A stretch of DNA of 57,614 nucleotides from Pseudomonadales bacterium (GCA_035430165.1 DAOMGE010000017.1:1-57614); one strand, 5' to 3'; numbered from the stretch's first letter, positions 40,858-53,677 are shown. Translations and numbers: made by a program. The notes: generated from the sequence alone by a model not told the origin.

Positions 40858-41816
40858 CCGACATGTTCCCTGTAATAACCCACTATCTCGGGCAATGCTT
40901 CATAAAATGTACAGGCTGGCCCCCACCCCAGATTGCACAAGGCACTTGCCGAATAAGCTGCAGGACCCATCAAACGCTCCACCGTGTCGGTACAGATCGG
41001 TGAAGCGGGCCAGAGGCGCTGTAACAGATCCCCGCAGTGCCCCATCCCTTTTAGCAAGCCCATCGGCAACGTCCAGCGCGCCGGAGGCTTCCCGAGCGCC
41101 TGCCGCATTGCCTGATAAATTTTATGCGCGGTGTAGGCTTCACCATCCGCCGCAATCAATACTTTCCTGTTCGCTTCGGGATGCATGGCGACCATACGCA
41201 ATGCATGCGCAACATCCTGCACACTGACCATCGAGCGCTCGGCTCCCGTTTCGGGTACAGGCGGGAAGTATCCTTTATCGATGGCATGCAACATCGAATA
41301 CAAATTTCCCTTGAGGCCCGGACCGTACATCAGGCAAGGCCGGATAATCGACAAATGCGGGATAGCAATCCCGTCCAGCAACTGTTGCTCTGCCCTGCGC
41401 TTCCAGTATCCGTAGGGATCAGCAGGCCAATCAGACCAGCTTTCATCACGCCTGAGCGCTCCGGGATCCGCAGCCGCCTTGGTACTGCTGACAAAGACAA
41501 ACCGCTTTACACCAGACATTTCAGCCTGCCTTGCCAACGCCAGTGTCGCTTCACAATTTATCAGCCGATACTGATCGGGATCAGCGTTGGTATGAGCTAT
41601 CGCAGCCAAATGAAACACGGTATCCACACCCTGCAAGGCATGACGGTAACTGTCTGGCTGTGTGGATAATGAGCCGGTCACGCACTCGCAGGTTTCGTTG
41701 CCGACCCATGGACCACGCACCAGCAACTTGATACGGAATCCGGTCTCACGTGACAACTGCCTGACCAGTTCCCTTCCAAGAAAGCCGCCAGCACCTGTTA
41801 CCAGACATGTCTGCAT
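40854..41816 (-). CDS. NAD-dependent epimerase/dehydratase (WbpK-like)
   Basis: VTGAGGFLGREL Rossmann motif at the chosen start MQTCLVTGAGGF (41816); YxxxK (YGYWKRRAE). Overlaps the WecA-like gene by 4 nt. Confidence 0.75.
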   Translation of the reverse strand: MQTCLVTGAGGFLGRELVRQLSRETGFRIKLLVRGPWVGNETCECVTGSLSTQPDSYRHALQGVDTVFHLAAIAHTNADPDQYRLINCEATLALARQAEMSGVKRFVFVSSTKAAADPGALRRDESWSDWPADPYGYWKRRAEQQLLDGIAIPHLSIIRPCLMYGPGLKGNLYSMLHAIDKGYFPPVPETGAERSMVSVQDVAHALRMVAMHPEANRKVLIAADGEAYTAHKIYQAMRQALGKPPARWTLPMGLLKGMGHCGDLLQRLWPASPICTDTVERLMGPAAYSASALCNLGWGPACTFYEALPEIVGYYREHVG

Positions 41817-41850
41817 TGCTCTTGTTATCCTGCGCAAGAAACACTTAAAC

Positions 41851-41882
41851 AAAAAAACCAGGGCATGCCCTGGTTTTTTTGT
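41851..41882. terminator. Strong bidirectional rho-independent terminator
   Basis: AAAAAAACCAGGGCATGCCCTGGTTTTTTTGTTTG: a perfect GC-rich stem flanked by an A-run and a T-run, directly downstream of the DUF1329 gene. Confidence 0.7.
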
Positions 41883-41903
41883 TTGTACTATCGGGTGGAA
41901 CTA

Positions 41904-43286
41904 TCAGCCTTTACCCAACACCCGCAGATTAGCAGGCGTGTAGTAATCGTCCGGATGGCGTTGGGCTGGAATCTTCTGGATTCCACCTTCTTCGTTAACC
42001 ATACCATTCAACAAATAGGCTCCTTTCTGCAGATCATGATAAATCTCCAGACGCGGGCTCATACCGGGCATATCGTATGCATTTACGAAAGTACGCATCG
42101 TTGTACGCCACAAACTGCCCTGACCGTCATAGTTATCACCCAACAAGGCAGCCCAGCTATCTTCATCCATGTAGAGGCGACGCTTGCCGTAAATATGGCG
42201 CTTACCTTCTTTCAGTGTCGCTAAGACCACCCATACGCGGTGCAATTCATAACGCATGAATTCAGGGTTCGGGTGGTTAACGGTCAGCAAGTCCGCGTAT
42301 TTGTGGGTAGGCAGATCCATTTCGTAGTTGTTGTACGGGATGTAAACCTCGCGCTGTGTCTCAAGTTTCCAGTCATAACGGTCAGTGGCACCGATAAAGG
42401 TAATCGCATCATCCACAGTACGCAGACCGCCAGGACCATCCGGGAAGTCATAGGCAATGGTCGGAGCACGGCGAACACGACGCGTGCCAGGCAAATACTG
42501 CCAGGCATTACGTGGCATTTCGGTCAGATCCTGAAACTCGTGAACAAGAGTAACCTTGCCTTTTTCGCGCGGGGGATCAGTTACCTCAACCATAACCTGC
42601 GCGTTGATATTGGACTGGTGAAATTTCTCAGGGGTAGATGCTGGATCGAAGCAGATAAAGAAACGGCTTTCAAACTGTTTGCGCATAGACACGCTGCCGT
42701 TGTTAAAAACAGCACCGCTCGCTACCGAACCCTCAGAGAAATACAGTTGCGGCGAATACTCATGGTTCCAGACCACCTCTACGCCATTTTTCGGAATTGC
42801 AAACGGAGGGCCACCGAAGGCACCTTTCACACCATTGCCGCTGCCTACTATCTCTGCTGTTACGGCATTCAATTTCACATTTTTATGGATGAAATCACTG
42901 TAACGCACATCCCTTTTCGACGGATAGATTTTCATCTTGAAAGTATCAGGGTACTTCTTGAACAAACCTATCTGGCCGTCCGTCAGGTTGTCTTTGTATT
43001 TTTCAAAATTCTTTCCGTCAATCGTAAAAAGCGGTTTTTCATCTGGATAAGGATTCGGGTAATAGCTGCCCGTGCCTTTGTAATCGACGCCCTTGGGAAC
43101 ACCGAGCGTGGTTCCCGTATAGGCAGGGATGGTGCCTGCAGCATTGGCTTTAGGATTGGCTCCCATCGGAGTAAGTTCTTTGCCCAGACGATCAGCTTCT
43201 GCCTGGGTAACCTTTGCCTGAACCTGTGTTGCAGCTGCCAGTAACAACACTGTCGCAGACATTGCCGCTTTTATTTTTGTCTTCAT
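41904..43286 (-). CDS. DUF1329-family secreted protein (outer-membrane lipoprotein-sorting-like fold)
   Basis: Signal peptide MKTKIKAAMSATVLLLAAATQVQA at the internal start 43286. Length and composition (YYPNPYPDEKPLF...; NGMVNEEGG) typical of DUF1329. Confidence 0.65.
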   Translation of the reverse strand: MKTKIKAAMSATVLLLAAATQVQAKVTQAEADRLGKELTPMGANPKANAAGTIPAYTGTTLGVPKGVDYKGTGSYYPNPYPDEKPLFTIDGKNFEKYKDNLTDGQIGLFKKYPDTFKMKIYPSKRDVRYSDFIHKNVKLNAVTAEIVGSGNGVKGAFGGPPFAIPKNGVEVVWNHEYSPQLYFSEGSVASGAVFNNGSVSMRKQFESRFFICFDPASTPEKFHQSNINAQVMVEVTDPPREKGKVTLVHEFQDLTEMPRNAWQYLPGTRRVRRAPTIAYDFPDGPGGLRTVDDAITFIGATDRYDWKLETQREVYIPYNNYEMDLPTHKYADLLTVNHPNPEFMRYELHRVWVVLATLKEGKRHIYGKRRLYMDEDSWAALLGDNYDGQGSLWRTTMRTFVNAYDMPGMSPRLEIYHDLQKGAYLLNGMVNEEGGIQKIPAQRHPDDYYTPANLRVLGKG

Positions 43287-43559
43287 AAGCTTCCGTGTAC
43301 TCCTCGAAGTTAACACTAATCGGCTGCATACCCACCGTACGCTGGTAGCGTAACCAAAAAACCTGCCACGTAAAAGCCATAACTTCCATTTTTCACTCTA
43401 CCCTTGGTGCGACAAATGTTGTAGCGAGTTGATCGCTATCGCCAATGGCTCACTAGCAAGATATACCCCGCCAACATTGAACAGGTCGTAACAGATGCAG
43501 CGCGAGGGCTTGATGAGTAGAATGGCGCACCCCGATTACAGTCAGAGATAGGCAAAATC

Positions 43560-44632
43560 ATGAGTTTCACCGGCGTCGAGAACCTCAACGTTGAATCCCA
43601 GTCGATTCTTGTCAGCCCGGCAGAACTGAAAGCCAGGCTGCCCCTTAGCGAAAAAGCCTTCGCCACCGTGGTGGCCGGCCGCACAGCTGTGCGCAATATC
43701 CTCGACGGCACCGACCCTCGCTTACTGGTTGTCGTAGGCCCATGCTCCATCCATGACACTGAAGCAGCAATGGACTATGCCAGACGCCTGAAGGTCCTGG
43801 CAGAGACGGTCAAGGACAGCTTGTTGATTGTCATGCGCGTCTACTTCGAAAAACCGCGCACGACCACGGGCTGGAAGGGATTGATCAACGATCCCCACAT
43901 GAACGACTCGTTCAAGATCGAGGAAGGACTGCATATCGGCCGCAAACTGTTGCTGGATATCGCCGAACTTGGCCTGCCTACAGCTACCGAGGCACTCGAC
44001 CCGATTTCACCCCAGTACCTGCAAGACCTGATCTCCTGGTCGGCTATCGGAGCACGCACGACAGAATCACAGACCCACCGGGAACTCGCTTCCGGCCTCT
44101 CCTGTGCTGTCGGCTTCAAGAACGGCACCGATGGCAGCATGTCGGTCGCTGTCAATGCAATCAAGTCTGCGCTTTCACCCCACCGTTTTCTCGGTATCAA
44201 CAACGAAGGACAGGTAGCCATTATTACCACCAAGGGCAACCGCTACGCCCACGTCGTGTTACGCGGCGGCGACGGCAAACCGAATTACGATTCTGTCAGC
44301 GTTGCGCTATGCGAACAGGATCTGCAGAAAGCAGGCATCAAACCCAATATCATGATTGATTGCAGCCACGCCAATTCCAACAAGAACCATGACCTGCAAA
44401 TTCTTGTCATGGATAACGTTGTCAACCAGATACTCGAAGGCAACCGATCAATTATCGGCGTGATGATTGAAAGCAATATCGGCGCCGGTAACCAGAAGAT
44501 CCCAGACGACCTGTCACAACTGCAATACGGTATTTCGATTACCGATGCATGTATCGACTGGCCATCTACAGAAAAATGCCTGCTCGCTACCGACAGCAAG
44601 TTGCGCAGCGTTCTGTCACACCGGAGACAAGC

Positions 44633-44636
<4 letters not shown>
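43560..44636 (+). CDS. 3-deoxy-7-phosphoheptulonate (DAHP) synthase, class I-alpha
   Basis: Colinear with AroG/AroF/AroH (GPCSIHD; KPRTT.GWKGLINDP; IGARTTESQ.HRELASG). Isozyme specificity not determinable. Confidence 0.9.
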
Positions 44637-46827
<2,191 letters not shown>

Positions 46828-46832
46828 CGACG

Positions 46833-47822
46833 ATGGCCAGTGAAAAACAGCACAATGCCATAGCAATTGTTATCGGCGTGCTGTTGTCATTGGTACTGGC
46901 AGAAATTGTCTTGCGCATTGCCCACATCGAATACCCGCTCTACCCCACGCGATTCCAGTTCGGCTGGCCCGACAGCAAGACACTCGACACCGACTTCGTG
47001 ATGGATCCTGTTATCCAGTGGAAACCGAAAGAATATGACCAGACCCTGCAAGCCTGGCGTGACAAAAAAATCGACATCATTCATATGGGGGATTCCTGCA
47101 CCCAGCTGGGAAAATATCAGGCCGAACTGGAACGCCTGATGCAGGAACGACAACCACAAAAAAATTTCCATAACCTGAAACTCGGTGTCGCGGGTTGGTC
47201 CAGCTATCAGGGCAGGCAGCAGTTGCAGCGCGACATCGTGCCGCTACACCCACGTTACGTAACCATTTATTTCGGCTGGAATGATCACTGGCTGTCTTAT
47301 GGCTTGCCTGACAAGGACATGGATTTCAGCAAGGCCCGTTTCCCGCTCTATCGCGCATTGCAGCATGCCCGTGTGTTCCAGGTTTTTTCCATGCTGTATA
47401 ACCAGTTCCTGCAACACCGGACACAGCAGGAAAGACCGGTGCGCGTATCCCTGCAGGATTATCACGACAATCTCACGACGATGATTAACCTTGCACGAGA
47501 CAACGGCATTACGCCGATTCTGATTACCGCACCAAGTTCACATCGCACAGGTTCAGAACCGGCGTACCTGCAGGATCGCTTCCTCAAGGATTTGTCACAA
47601 CTGGTGCCACTGCACAGACAGTACACCGACATCACACGACAAGTCGCGCGCGAGCAGAATGTGCTGTTGCTGGATCTTGCGGAAGAATTTGATGCAACGC
47701 CTTATGACACCCTGCATGAGCAGTACATGAAAGCTGACGGCATTCATTTACGACCCGCAGGCAGTACTGCTGTCGCTGAGAAACTGTATCGACTCATTGA
47801 CAACCATCACTTACTGGATTGA
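46833..47822 (+). CDS. SGNH/GDSL-family hydrolase with N-terminal membrane anchor
   Basis: N-terminal TM (IAIVIGVLLSLVLAEIVL), GDSCTQ serine motif; 329 aa. Confidence 0.6.
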   Translation: MASEKQHNAIAIVIGVLLSLVLAEIVLRIAHIEYPLYPTRFQFGWPDSKTLDTDFVMDPVIQWKPKEYDQTLQAWRDKKIDIIHMGDSCTQLGKYQAELERLMQERQPQKNFHNLKLGVAGWSSYQGRQQLQRDIVPLHPRYVTIYFGWNDHWLSYGLPDKDMDFSKARFPLYRALQHARVFQVFSMLYNQFLQHRTQQERPVRVSLQDYHDNLTTMINLARDNGITPILITAPSSHRTGSEPAYLQDRFLKDLSQLVPLHRQYTDITRQVAREQNVLLLDLAEEFDATPYDTLHEQYMKADGIHLRPAGSTAVAEKLYRLIDNHHLLD

Positions 47823-50800
47823 GCCTGCTGGAACAATTCAGCCACACGCTTTTCCGAAACCGGCACTCGCGTTTTCATCGGCTGGGCAAACAAGGCAATC
47901 CGCCATTCCTCGAGCAACCAACGCAAGGACTGCTGCGCCACAGGCAACTCCCCATGATTTTTCTTTTCCATCCATGCCAGCACCGGCTGCCAGTAGCGTT
48001 GTAACTGGGCAACCGCTTGCTGGTCACGCACCACACCCCCTCGCAATTTTTCCAGCCGCTTCTGCAAAGCCTCCATATAACGGGCGTACTGCACCAGTTC
48101 GTCATAAGGTGTCGCACGCAGAAAACCGGCAAACCATAACGATGCCAATTGTGAGCGAATATCCTGCACGGTTATTTTTGCTTCGGTCGCTTTCAACAAA
48201 TCGAGATGCTGTTGTATACCCTGTGCCAGCAGCACTGCCTGTGATAACACCTGATCCATTTTTTGCGCGACGCTATGCAATGAAGATTTTTTCTCCGTCA
48301 ACCGCTGCTCAAAATCTGCCTTGCTGCGCGGCAATTCACCATCGGCAAAAAACGTCTGTGCTATGCAGGTATCTACCAGGTCACCCATCAATTCGCTGGC
48401 TGACCCGAATCCGGCCAGTGCAAGCCGCACCTTGTTATCCCGCAACAGATCTTTTTGCAATTGTTTCACTTGCTGCGGCAAAGACAACACCGCCAGCCGC
48501 ACCAGGCCACGGCGATGCTCACGCCCGGCAATTTCAGGCGTGTCGTACAAGGTCAGCTCGACACTATCCATCACATCGTGCAATGCAGGCCACGCGAGTA
48601 CACGCATATCGCCACGCTGTTGGGGCAGTGTTTCTGCGAGATCCGGAAAATCCCAGCTGCGGATACCACGGCGGGAAAAATCTGTCGCGACGGCGGCCTG
48701 TTGCACAACTTCCCGTGCTTGAGATGAGAACTCTGCACGCAACAGCGACAGGTCACGGCCTTGTGCCAGGATTTTGTCACGTTCACCCAGCACCTGGATG
48801 TTCATGCGATAAAACGGATCAAGTTGCGCCTCATCCAGATCAACAGGCTGGAGACGTAATGCATAATGTTTCAACAACTGCTGACAGATGGCTTCCGGCA
48901 ATGACTGTGACTGCGAAAGTTGCGGCTGGACTGGCAACAACAATGCCGCAATACGCTCGGCCGTATTCGGCAGTGGCACCAGGTTTTTACGCAATGCCTT
49001 GGGCAAGTTACGCAACAGCGCCTGTATCTTGTCCGTCAAAAATCCCGGCACCAGCCACGTGAGTTTTTCAGCCGGAATCTGGTTCAGCACTGCCAGTGGC
49101 ACTTGCAGCGTCACACCATCCTGCGCATGCCCGGGATCAAAACTGTAAACCAGTTTCAGTGAATTGCCATTGCATTCCAGCTGGTCAGGAAATTGCACAA
49201 CAGATTCATCACCCGGGTCACGCAGCAATACGTCTTCCTTGCGTAGCAACAGAAGCTGCGGATTGTCATGACGTTCTTTCTTGTACCAATCGTCAAGCTC
49301 ATTCACCGTGACAATATTGCCGGGAATACGCGAGGCATAGAACGCAAACAATGCACTGTCATCCACCAGCAAATCTCGTCGGCGGATACGCGCCTCCATA
49401 TCCTGTAACTGCGCAATCAGTTGCTGGTTTCTTGCATAAAAATCCGCCCGACCACGATAAAGCCCCCCCACCAGCGCCTCGCGGATCAGCAACTCATGCG
49501 CTTGCTCACGATCAATATCCCCGTAAAAAACTTTCTGCCTTTCCACCAGCACCAGCCCATAAAGACTGATGCGCTGGAAGATCATCGGCATACCACGCGA
49601 TTCATCCCAGAACGGCTCAAAATAATCACGCTGCAGTAAATGCTTTGCCAGGGGCAGCAACCACTGCGCCTCAATAGCTGCCACGCCATGCGCAAGAAGC
49701 TGTGAAGTTTCGATCAGGCTGGCTGCAGCAATCCAGCGTGGTGCTTTTTTAGCCTGTGCCGAGCCGGGAAAAATGCGCAACTTGCGCTGGCGACAGCCGA
49801 GGTATTCACGATCTTCCTGTCGCGTGGCAATATTCGACAACAAACCCGCCAGCAATGCCTGGTGCAGGTTGGCATAGACAGCCGGCTTCATCTCGTTGTA
49901 ATCCGGCGCTTCTGTATTTTCTTTCCAGTTGCGTTCCTGACAAGCAACATGCAACTGGTGATGGATATCCCGCCATTCACGCATGCGCTGCCAGGACAGG
50001 AAATTCTGCTCGCAAAATTTTCGAAGCGCATTCTGCGACAGCGCTTGTCGCTGCGCTTCAAACGCCGACCACAGTTTCAGGTAACCGACAAAATCCGAGC
50101 GTTCATCTGCCCACTGCTTGTGTTTTTCATCCGACTGCTGCTTTTTATCTACCGGCCTGTCGCGTGGATCCTGCACACTCAACGCGCTGACAATAATCAA
50201 TACTTCACGCAGACAACGCTTGTGCTGCGCTTCTACAAGCATCGCACCCAGACGCGGATCCACCGGCAAGCGCGCAATATCGCGACCCTTGTGTGTGATC
50301 TGTCGCTGCTTGTCTACTGCACCGATTTCTTCCAGCAGCGCATAGCCTTCATTCACATGGCGGGTATCGGGCGCATCGAGAAACGGAAAATCTTCCATTT
50401 TCCCCAGACGCAACAGCAACATCTGCAAAATAACGGAGGCAAGATTGGTGCGACGGATTTCCGGATCGGTAAACGCGGGGCGCGCCAGGAAACCTTTTTC
50501 ATCATAAAGCCGCAGGCAGATACCTGCTTCCATCCGTCCGCAACGCCCGGCGCGCTGGTTGGCACTGGCTTGTGCAATATTTTCGATTGGCAAACGCTGC
50601 ACGCGTGTGCGATGGCTGTAACGGCTGATCCGCGCAACGCCAGTATCAATAACATAACGTATTCCCGGCACGGTCAACGAGGTTTCTGCCACGTTAGTCG
50701 ACAGCACGATGCGGCGACCGCTGTGCGGTGCAAAAATCTTCTGCTGTTCTTTCAGGGTAAGGCGTGCATACAGCGGCACAATCTCGCAATGTTTCAGTTG

Positions 50801-51628
50801 CGCATTGAACGTTTGCTGTTTACGTAAATAGCGTGCCGTTTCGAGGATGTCACGCTCGCCCGATAAAAAAACCAGCACATCGCCGCCGCGCACACGGCCA
50901 GATTTTTCCGAATCAAACAGATGCCCCAGACCCTGCTCGATAATCTCGCCAATATCCTCCGGCTTGCCCACCATTTCATCCGGCGGCATGTAGGCAATAT
51001 CAACAGGATAGGTTCGGCCTTCCACAGTGATCACAGGCGCAGGCGTACCGCGCGAATCGGAAAAATGCTGCGAGAAACGCTGCACATCAATCGTCGCGGA
51101 CGTGATAATCAATTTCAGTTCAGGGCGCTTGGACAACAGTAATTTGATGTAGCCCAACAGGAAATCGATATTGAGGCTGCGTTCATGCGCTTCATCAATA
51201 ATCAGCACATCGTATTTTTTCAGCAGCCGGTCGCGCTGGATTTCCGCCAGCAGAATACCGTCAGTCATCAATTTTATTTTGGTAGATTCGCTACTGGTAT
51301 CCTGAAAGCGCACCTGGCAGCCAACCGTGACGCCGAGCGGCTCACCCAGCTCCTGCGCAATCCGTGTTGCTACCGTGCGCGCCGCCAGCCGACGCGGTTG
51401 CGTGTGGCCAATGAGACTTTTTTCGCCGCGTCCAAACGCATTGGCCAACAGGAGTTCGAGACAGATTTTTGGTAACTGCGTGGTTTTACCGGAGCCGGTT
51501 TCACCAGCCACAATCACCACCTGATGCTTTTTTATCAGATCAGCAATTTCATGCCGGCGCTCGACAACCGGCAGTTCGCCAGGATAACTGAAGTTGCGAT
51601 TATTCACTGGCGAAACGGATACCCACAC
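47807..51628 (-). CDS. hrpA: ATP-dependent RNA helicase HrpA (DEAH-box)
   Basis: AGETGSGKTTQLP Walker A, DEAH box (IIDEAHERS), HA2/OB and a long C-terminal DUF3418-like region; 1273 aa. Apparent GTG start abuts the flotillin stop. Confidence 0.9.
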   Translation of the reverse strand: MWVSVSPVNNRNFSYPGELPVVERRHEIADLIKKHQVVIVAGETGSGKTTQLPKICLELLLANAFGRGEKSLIGHTQPRRLAARTVATRIAQELGEPLGVTVGCQVRFQDTSSESTKIKLMTDGILLAEIQRDRLLKKYDVLIIDEAHERSLNIDFLLGYIKLLLSKRPELKLIITSATIDVQRFSQHFSDSRGTPAPVITVEGRTYPVDIAYMPPDEMVGKPEDIGEIIEQGLGHLFDSEKSGRVRGGDVLVFLSGERDILETARYLRKQQTFNAQLKHCEIVPLYARLTLKEQQKIFAPHSGRRIVLSTNVAETSLTVPGIRYVIDTGVARISRYSHRTRVQRLPIENIAQASANQRAGRCGRMEAGICLRLYDEKGFLARPAFTDPEIRRTNLASVILQMLLLRLGKMEDFPFLDAPDTRHVNEGYALLEEIGAVDKQRQITHKGRDIARLPVDPRLGAMLVEAQHKRCLREVLIIVSALSVQDPRDRPVDKKQQSDEKHKQWADERSDFVGYLKLWSAFEAQRQALSQNALRKFCEQNFLSWQRMREWRDIHHQLHVACQERNWKENTEAPDYNEMKPAVYANLHQALLAGLLSNIATRQEDREYLGCRQRKLRIFPGSAQAKKAPRWIAAASLIETSQLLAHGVAAIEAQWLLPLAKHLLQRDYFEPFWDESRGMPMIFQRISLYGLVLVERQKVFYGDIDREQAHELLIREALVGGLYRGRADFYARNQQLIAQLQDMEARIRRRDLLVDDSALFAFYASRIPGNIVTVNELDDWYKKERHDNPQLLLLRKEDVLLRDPGDESVVQFPDQLECNGNSLKLVYSFDPGHAQDGVTLQVPLAVLNQIPAEKLTWLVPGFLTDKIQALLRNLPKALRKNLVPLPNTAERIAALLLPVQPQLSQSQSLPEAICQQLLKHYALRLQPVDLDEAQLDPFYRMNIQVLGERDKILAQGRDLSLLRAEFSSQAREVVQQAAVATDFSRRGIRSWDFPDLAETLPQQRGDMRVLAWPALHDVMDSVELTLYDTPEIAGREHRRGLVRLAVLSLPQQVKQLQKDLLRDNKVRLALAGFGSASELMGDLVDTCIAQTFFADGELPRSKADFEQRLTEKKSSLHSVAQKMDQVLSQAVLLAQGIQQHLDLLKATEAKITVQDIRSQLASLWFAGFLRATPYDELVQYARYMEALQKRLEKLRGGVVRDQQAVAQLQRYWQPVLAWMEKKNHGELPVAQQSLRWLLEEWRIALFAQPMKTRVPVSEKRVAELFQQAQSSK

Positions 51629-53677
51629 TTACACCGGCGCAGTTTGATCAGGTGCAGTACCTGTTGCAGGAATTGCCGGTTTTTGCTGTGCCTGCGTCAC
51701 GATCTGCATCAGATACGTCGACAGCAAGCCGCCGATACCATCGCCACCCTGCACCAGCAAGTCCGGCGTGATCTTGATATTACCGGCAGCAATTTGCTTG
51801 GATATTTCGATAGCGGTTACGCCGGTACCGCCGATGGCCTTGTTCTGCAATTCATACGCTTCCGCCGTTGCCTTACCGATAGCCAGGATCTTTGAAGCTT
51901 CTGCATCACCGATTGCCTTGATACCCGCGGCCTCACCTGCAGCATTGAGGCGCTTGGATTCGCCTTCTGCCTGCGCAGCAATAACGGTTTTCTGTTTGTT
52001 CTGCTCGGCAATTTGCACACCGATTTCCGCATCCACCAGTTTAGGCTGCATATCCGCTTGCGCGCGGCGTTTTTCAGTGGCGGCGCGCTGCTCCTGCGCC
52101 ATACCCTCGGCCTGGTACATTTCCATCTGTTGCTGGGCAATGATTTTCTTGGTCTGGGTATCCATCAGGTCTTGTGGCAGGTTGATCTGGCAAATCAACA
52201 CGGAAATACACTCGACATGATATTTTTCCAGTTCGGCACGCGTGCGTTCTTCCGCCTTGCGTTGCTCGTCTTCACGATCCTGCATGAAATTCATGGCGGA
52301 TGTTGATGAAGCCTGGTTGCGAAATGACGAATCAATCATCGGGTGGATAACATTCTGGATCAGTTTGTCGATAGAACCGACTTTCGCCACCATGAACGGC
52401 GCCTGCTCCGGCCGCACACGCACTACCACTTTTACCGACACATCAATCGTGAATGCATCTTTTGAAATCACTTTCAGCGGATCAAAATGCGTATTGCCGC
52501 TGTTATCCCAGTCAATCGTGATGTTGGTAGTGTCAATCACATAGGCAATGACGGCGCGTTTATTCACGTAGTAACGACCGGGGCCAACCACATCGCGCTG
52601 GATACCGCGAAAACCTTCCGGTACCACATACCGCTCCAGCCCGCCCTCAGAATTGCTGGCAGCAGAAGACGCCACCATATCGGCGGTCGGCTCCTTGCCC
52701 ACGTTGGAAACAATCACGGCAACCTGTCCGCGTTCAATTTCTGTGACGTCATCCAGCGCCACATCGAACATCAACGGGTTGATGTAATACGTACCGGGAC
52801 GCAGCACGTCCAGCTGCGGGCCGCGCTGGCCCTTGCCCTCGAGAAACGCAGAAGCATTCTGGTAATCCGCATGGCCATCAATGTGGCGCGCCACGAATTC
52901 CTGGTTCGGCAATGGATCGCCATCCAGCGCCGTGATCAAACCGACTTTTGATGCGGGAATCACCGTTGCATCACGTAGTGCCACTTTAAAAAGATCGGTA
53001 TTGATACGGTAGGTACCCGGCAACAGGATATCAATCTGCGGGCCGCGCTGGCCGCCATTACTGAGAAACGCCTGACCGTTCTCAAAATTGGAATGCGCAT
53101 CAACATGGCGGGCCAGCAGACGACCGGCAGCCATCGGGTGTCCGTCCATCGACGTTACCACACCGATTTTTCCCGGCGGGATAATGACTGCCTTGGTGAT
53201 ATTCACCTTGAACAAGGCCATATTGATACGGTAGTTGCCCGGCGGCAGGATCTGCACTTGCGGCCCTTTTTCACCACCGCTACCGATAAATGCCTCACCA
53301 TCCTGGAAGGTGTTATGCCCCTCGGTCACGCGTGCAAAAATCCTGCCTTGCGGAATCGACGTACCATCAATCGATTCCACCATACCAATCTCGTCTTCCG
53401 CGATTACCACGAACGGAATTTTGGTGGCGGTATACAAGACAGGTATCAGGAAATGGAAGCCGGGACCCAGCGTGCGCGCCTGCACACCCACTTCATCCGA
53501 CATCGCCACCACACGCCCGTTGGGCATCTGCTTGCCGAGATAGCGTCGTTCAAGAATCGCGATTTCATTACCGCCGACAATTACGATCGACGTATACAGG
53601 AGCCACAATGCCAGCAGCACGAGAACAGCTGACACACCCCAAGGCCATACAAGTGACATGAATGTCATGCTCATCAT
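51629..53677 (-). CDS. Flotillin-family (SPFH/band-7, YqiK-like) membrane protein
   Basis: N-terminal TM, repeated SPFH-like segments and a C-terminal coiled-coil/Ala-rich flotillin region (AEGESKRLNAAGEAAGIKAIGDAEASKILAIGKATAEAYELQ). Confidence 0.7.
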   Translation of the reverse strand: MMSMTFMSLVWPWGVSAVLVLLALWLLYTSIVIVGGNEIAILERRYLGKQMPNGRVVAMSDEVGVQARTLGPGFHFLIPVLYTATKIPFVVIAEDEIGMVESIDGTSIPQGRIFARVTEGHNTFQDGEAFIGSGGEKGPQVQILPPGNYRINMALFKVNITKAVIIPPGKIGVVTSMDGHPMAAGRLLARHVDAHSNFENGQAFLSNGGQRGPQIDILLPGTYRINTDLFKVALRDATVIPASKVGLITALDGDPLPNQEFVARHIDGHADYQNASAFLEGKGQRGPQLDVLRPGTYYINPLMFDVALDDVTEIERGQVAVIVSNVGKEPTADMVASSAASNSEGGLERYVVPEGFRGIQRDVVGPGRYYVNKRAVIAYVIDTTNITIDWDNSGNTHFDPLKVISKDAFTIDVSVKVVVRVRPEQAPFMVAKVGSIDKLIQNVIHPMIDSSFRNQASSTSAMNFMQDREDEQRKAEERTRAELEKYHVECISVLICQINLPQDLMDTQTKKIIAQQQMEMYQAEGMAQEQRAATEKRRAQADMQPKLVDAEIGVQIAEQNKQKTVIAAQAEGESKRLNAAGEAAGIKAIGDAEASKILAIGKATAEAYELQNKAIGGTGVTAIEISKQIAAGNIKITPDLLVQGGDGIGGLLSTYLMQIVTQAQQKPAIPATGTAPDQTAPV

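Noticed and set aside
42240-43244. 334-aa plus-strand ORF antisense to the DUF1329 gene
   Set aside because: It fully overlaps a gene with a signal peptide, a terminator and family-typical composition. It has no independent signals.
49862-50827. 321-aa plus-strand ORF inside hrpA
   Set aside because: Antisense to conserved HrpA helicase sequence.
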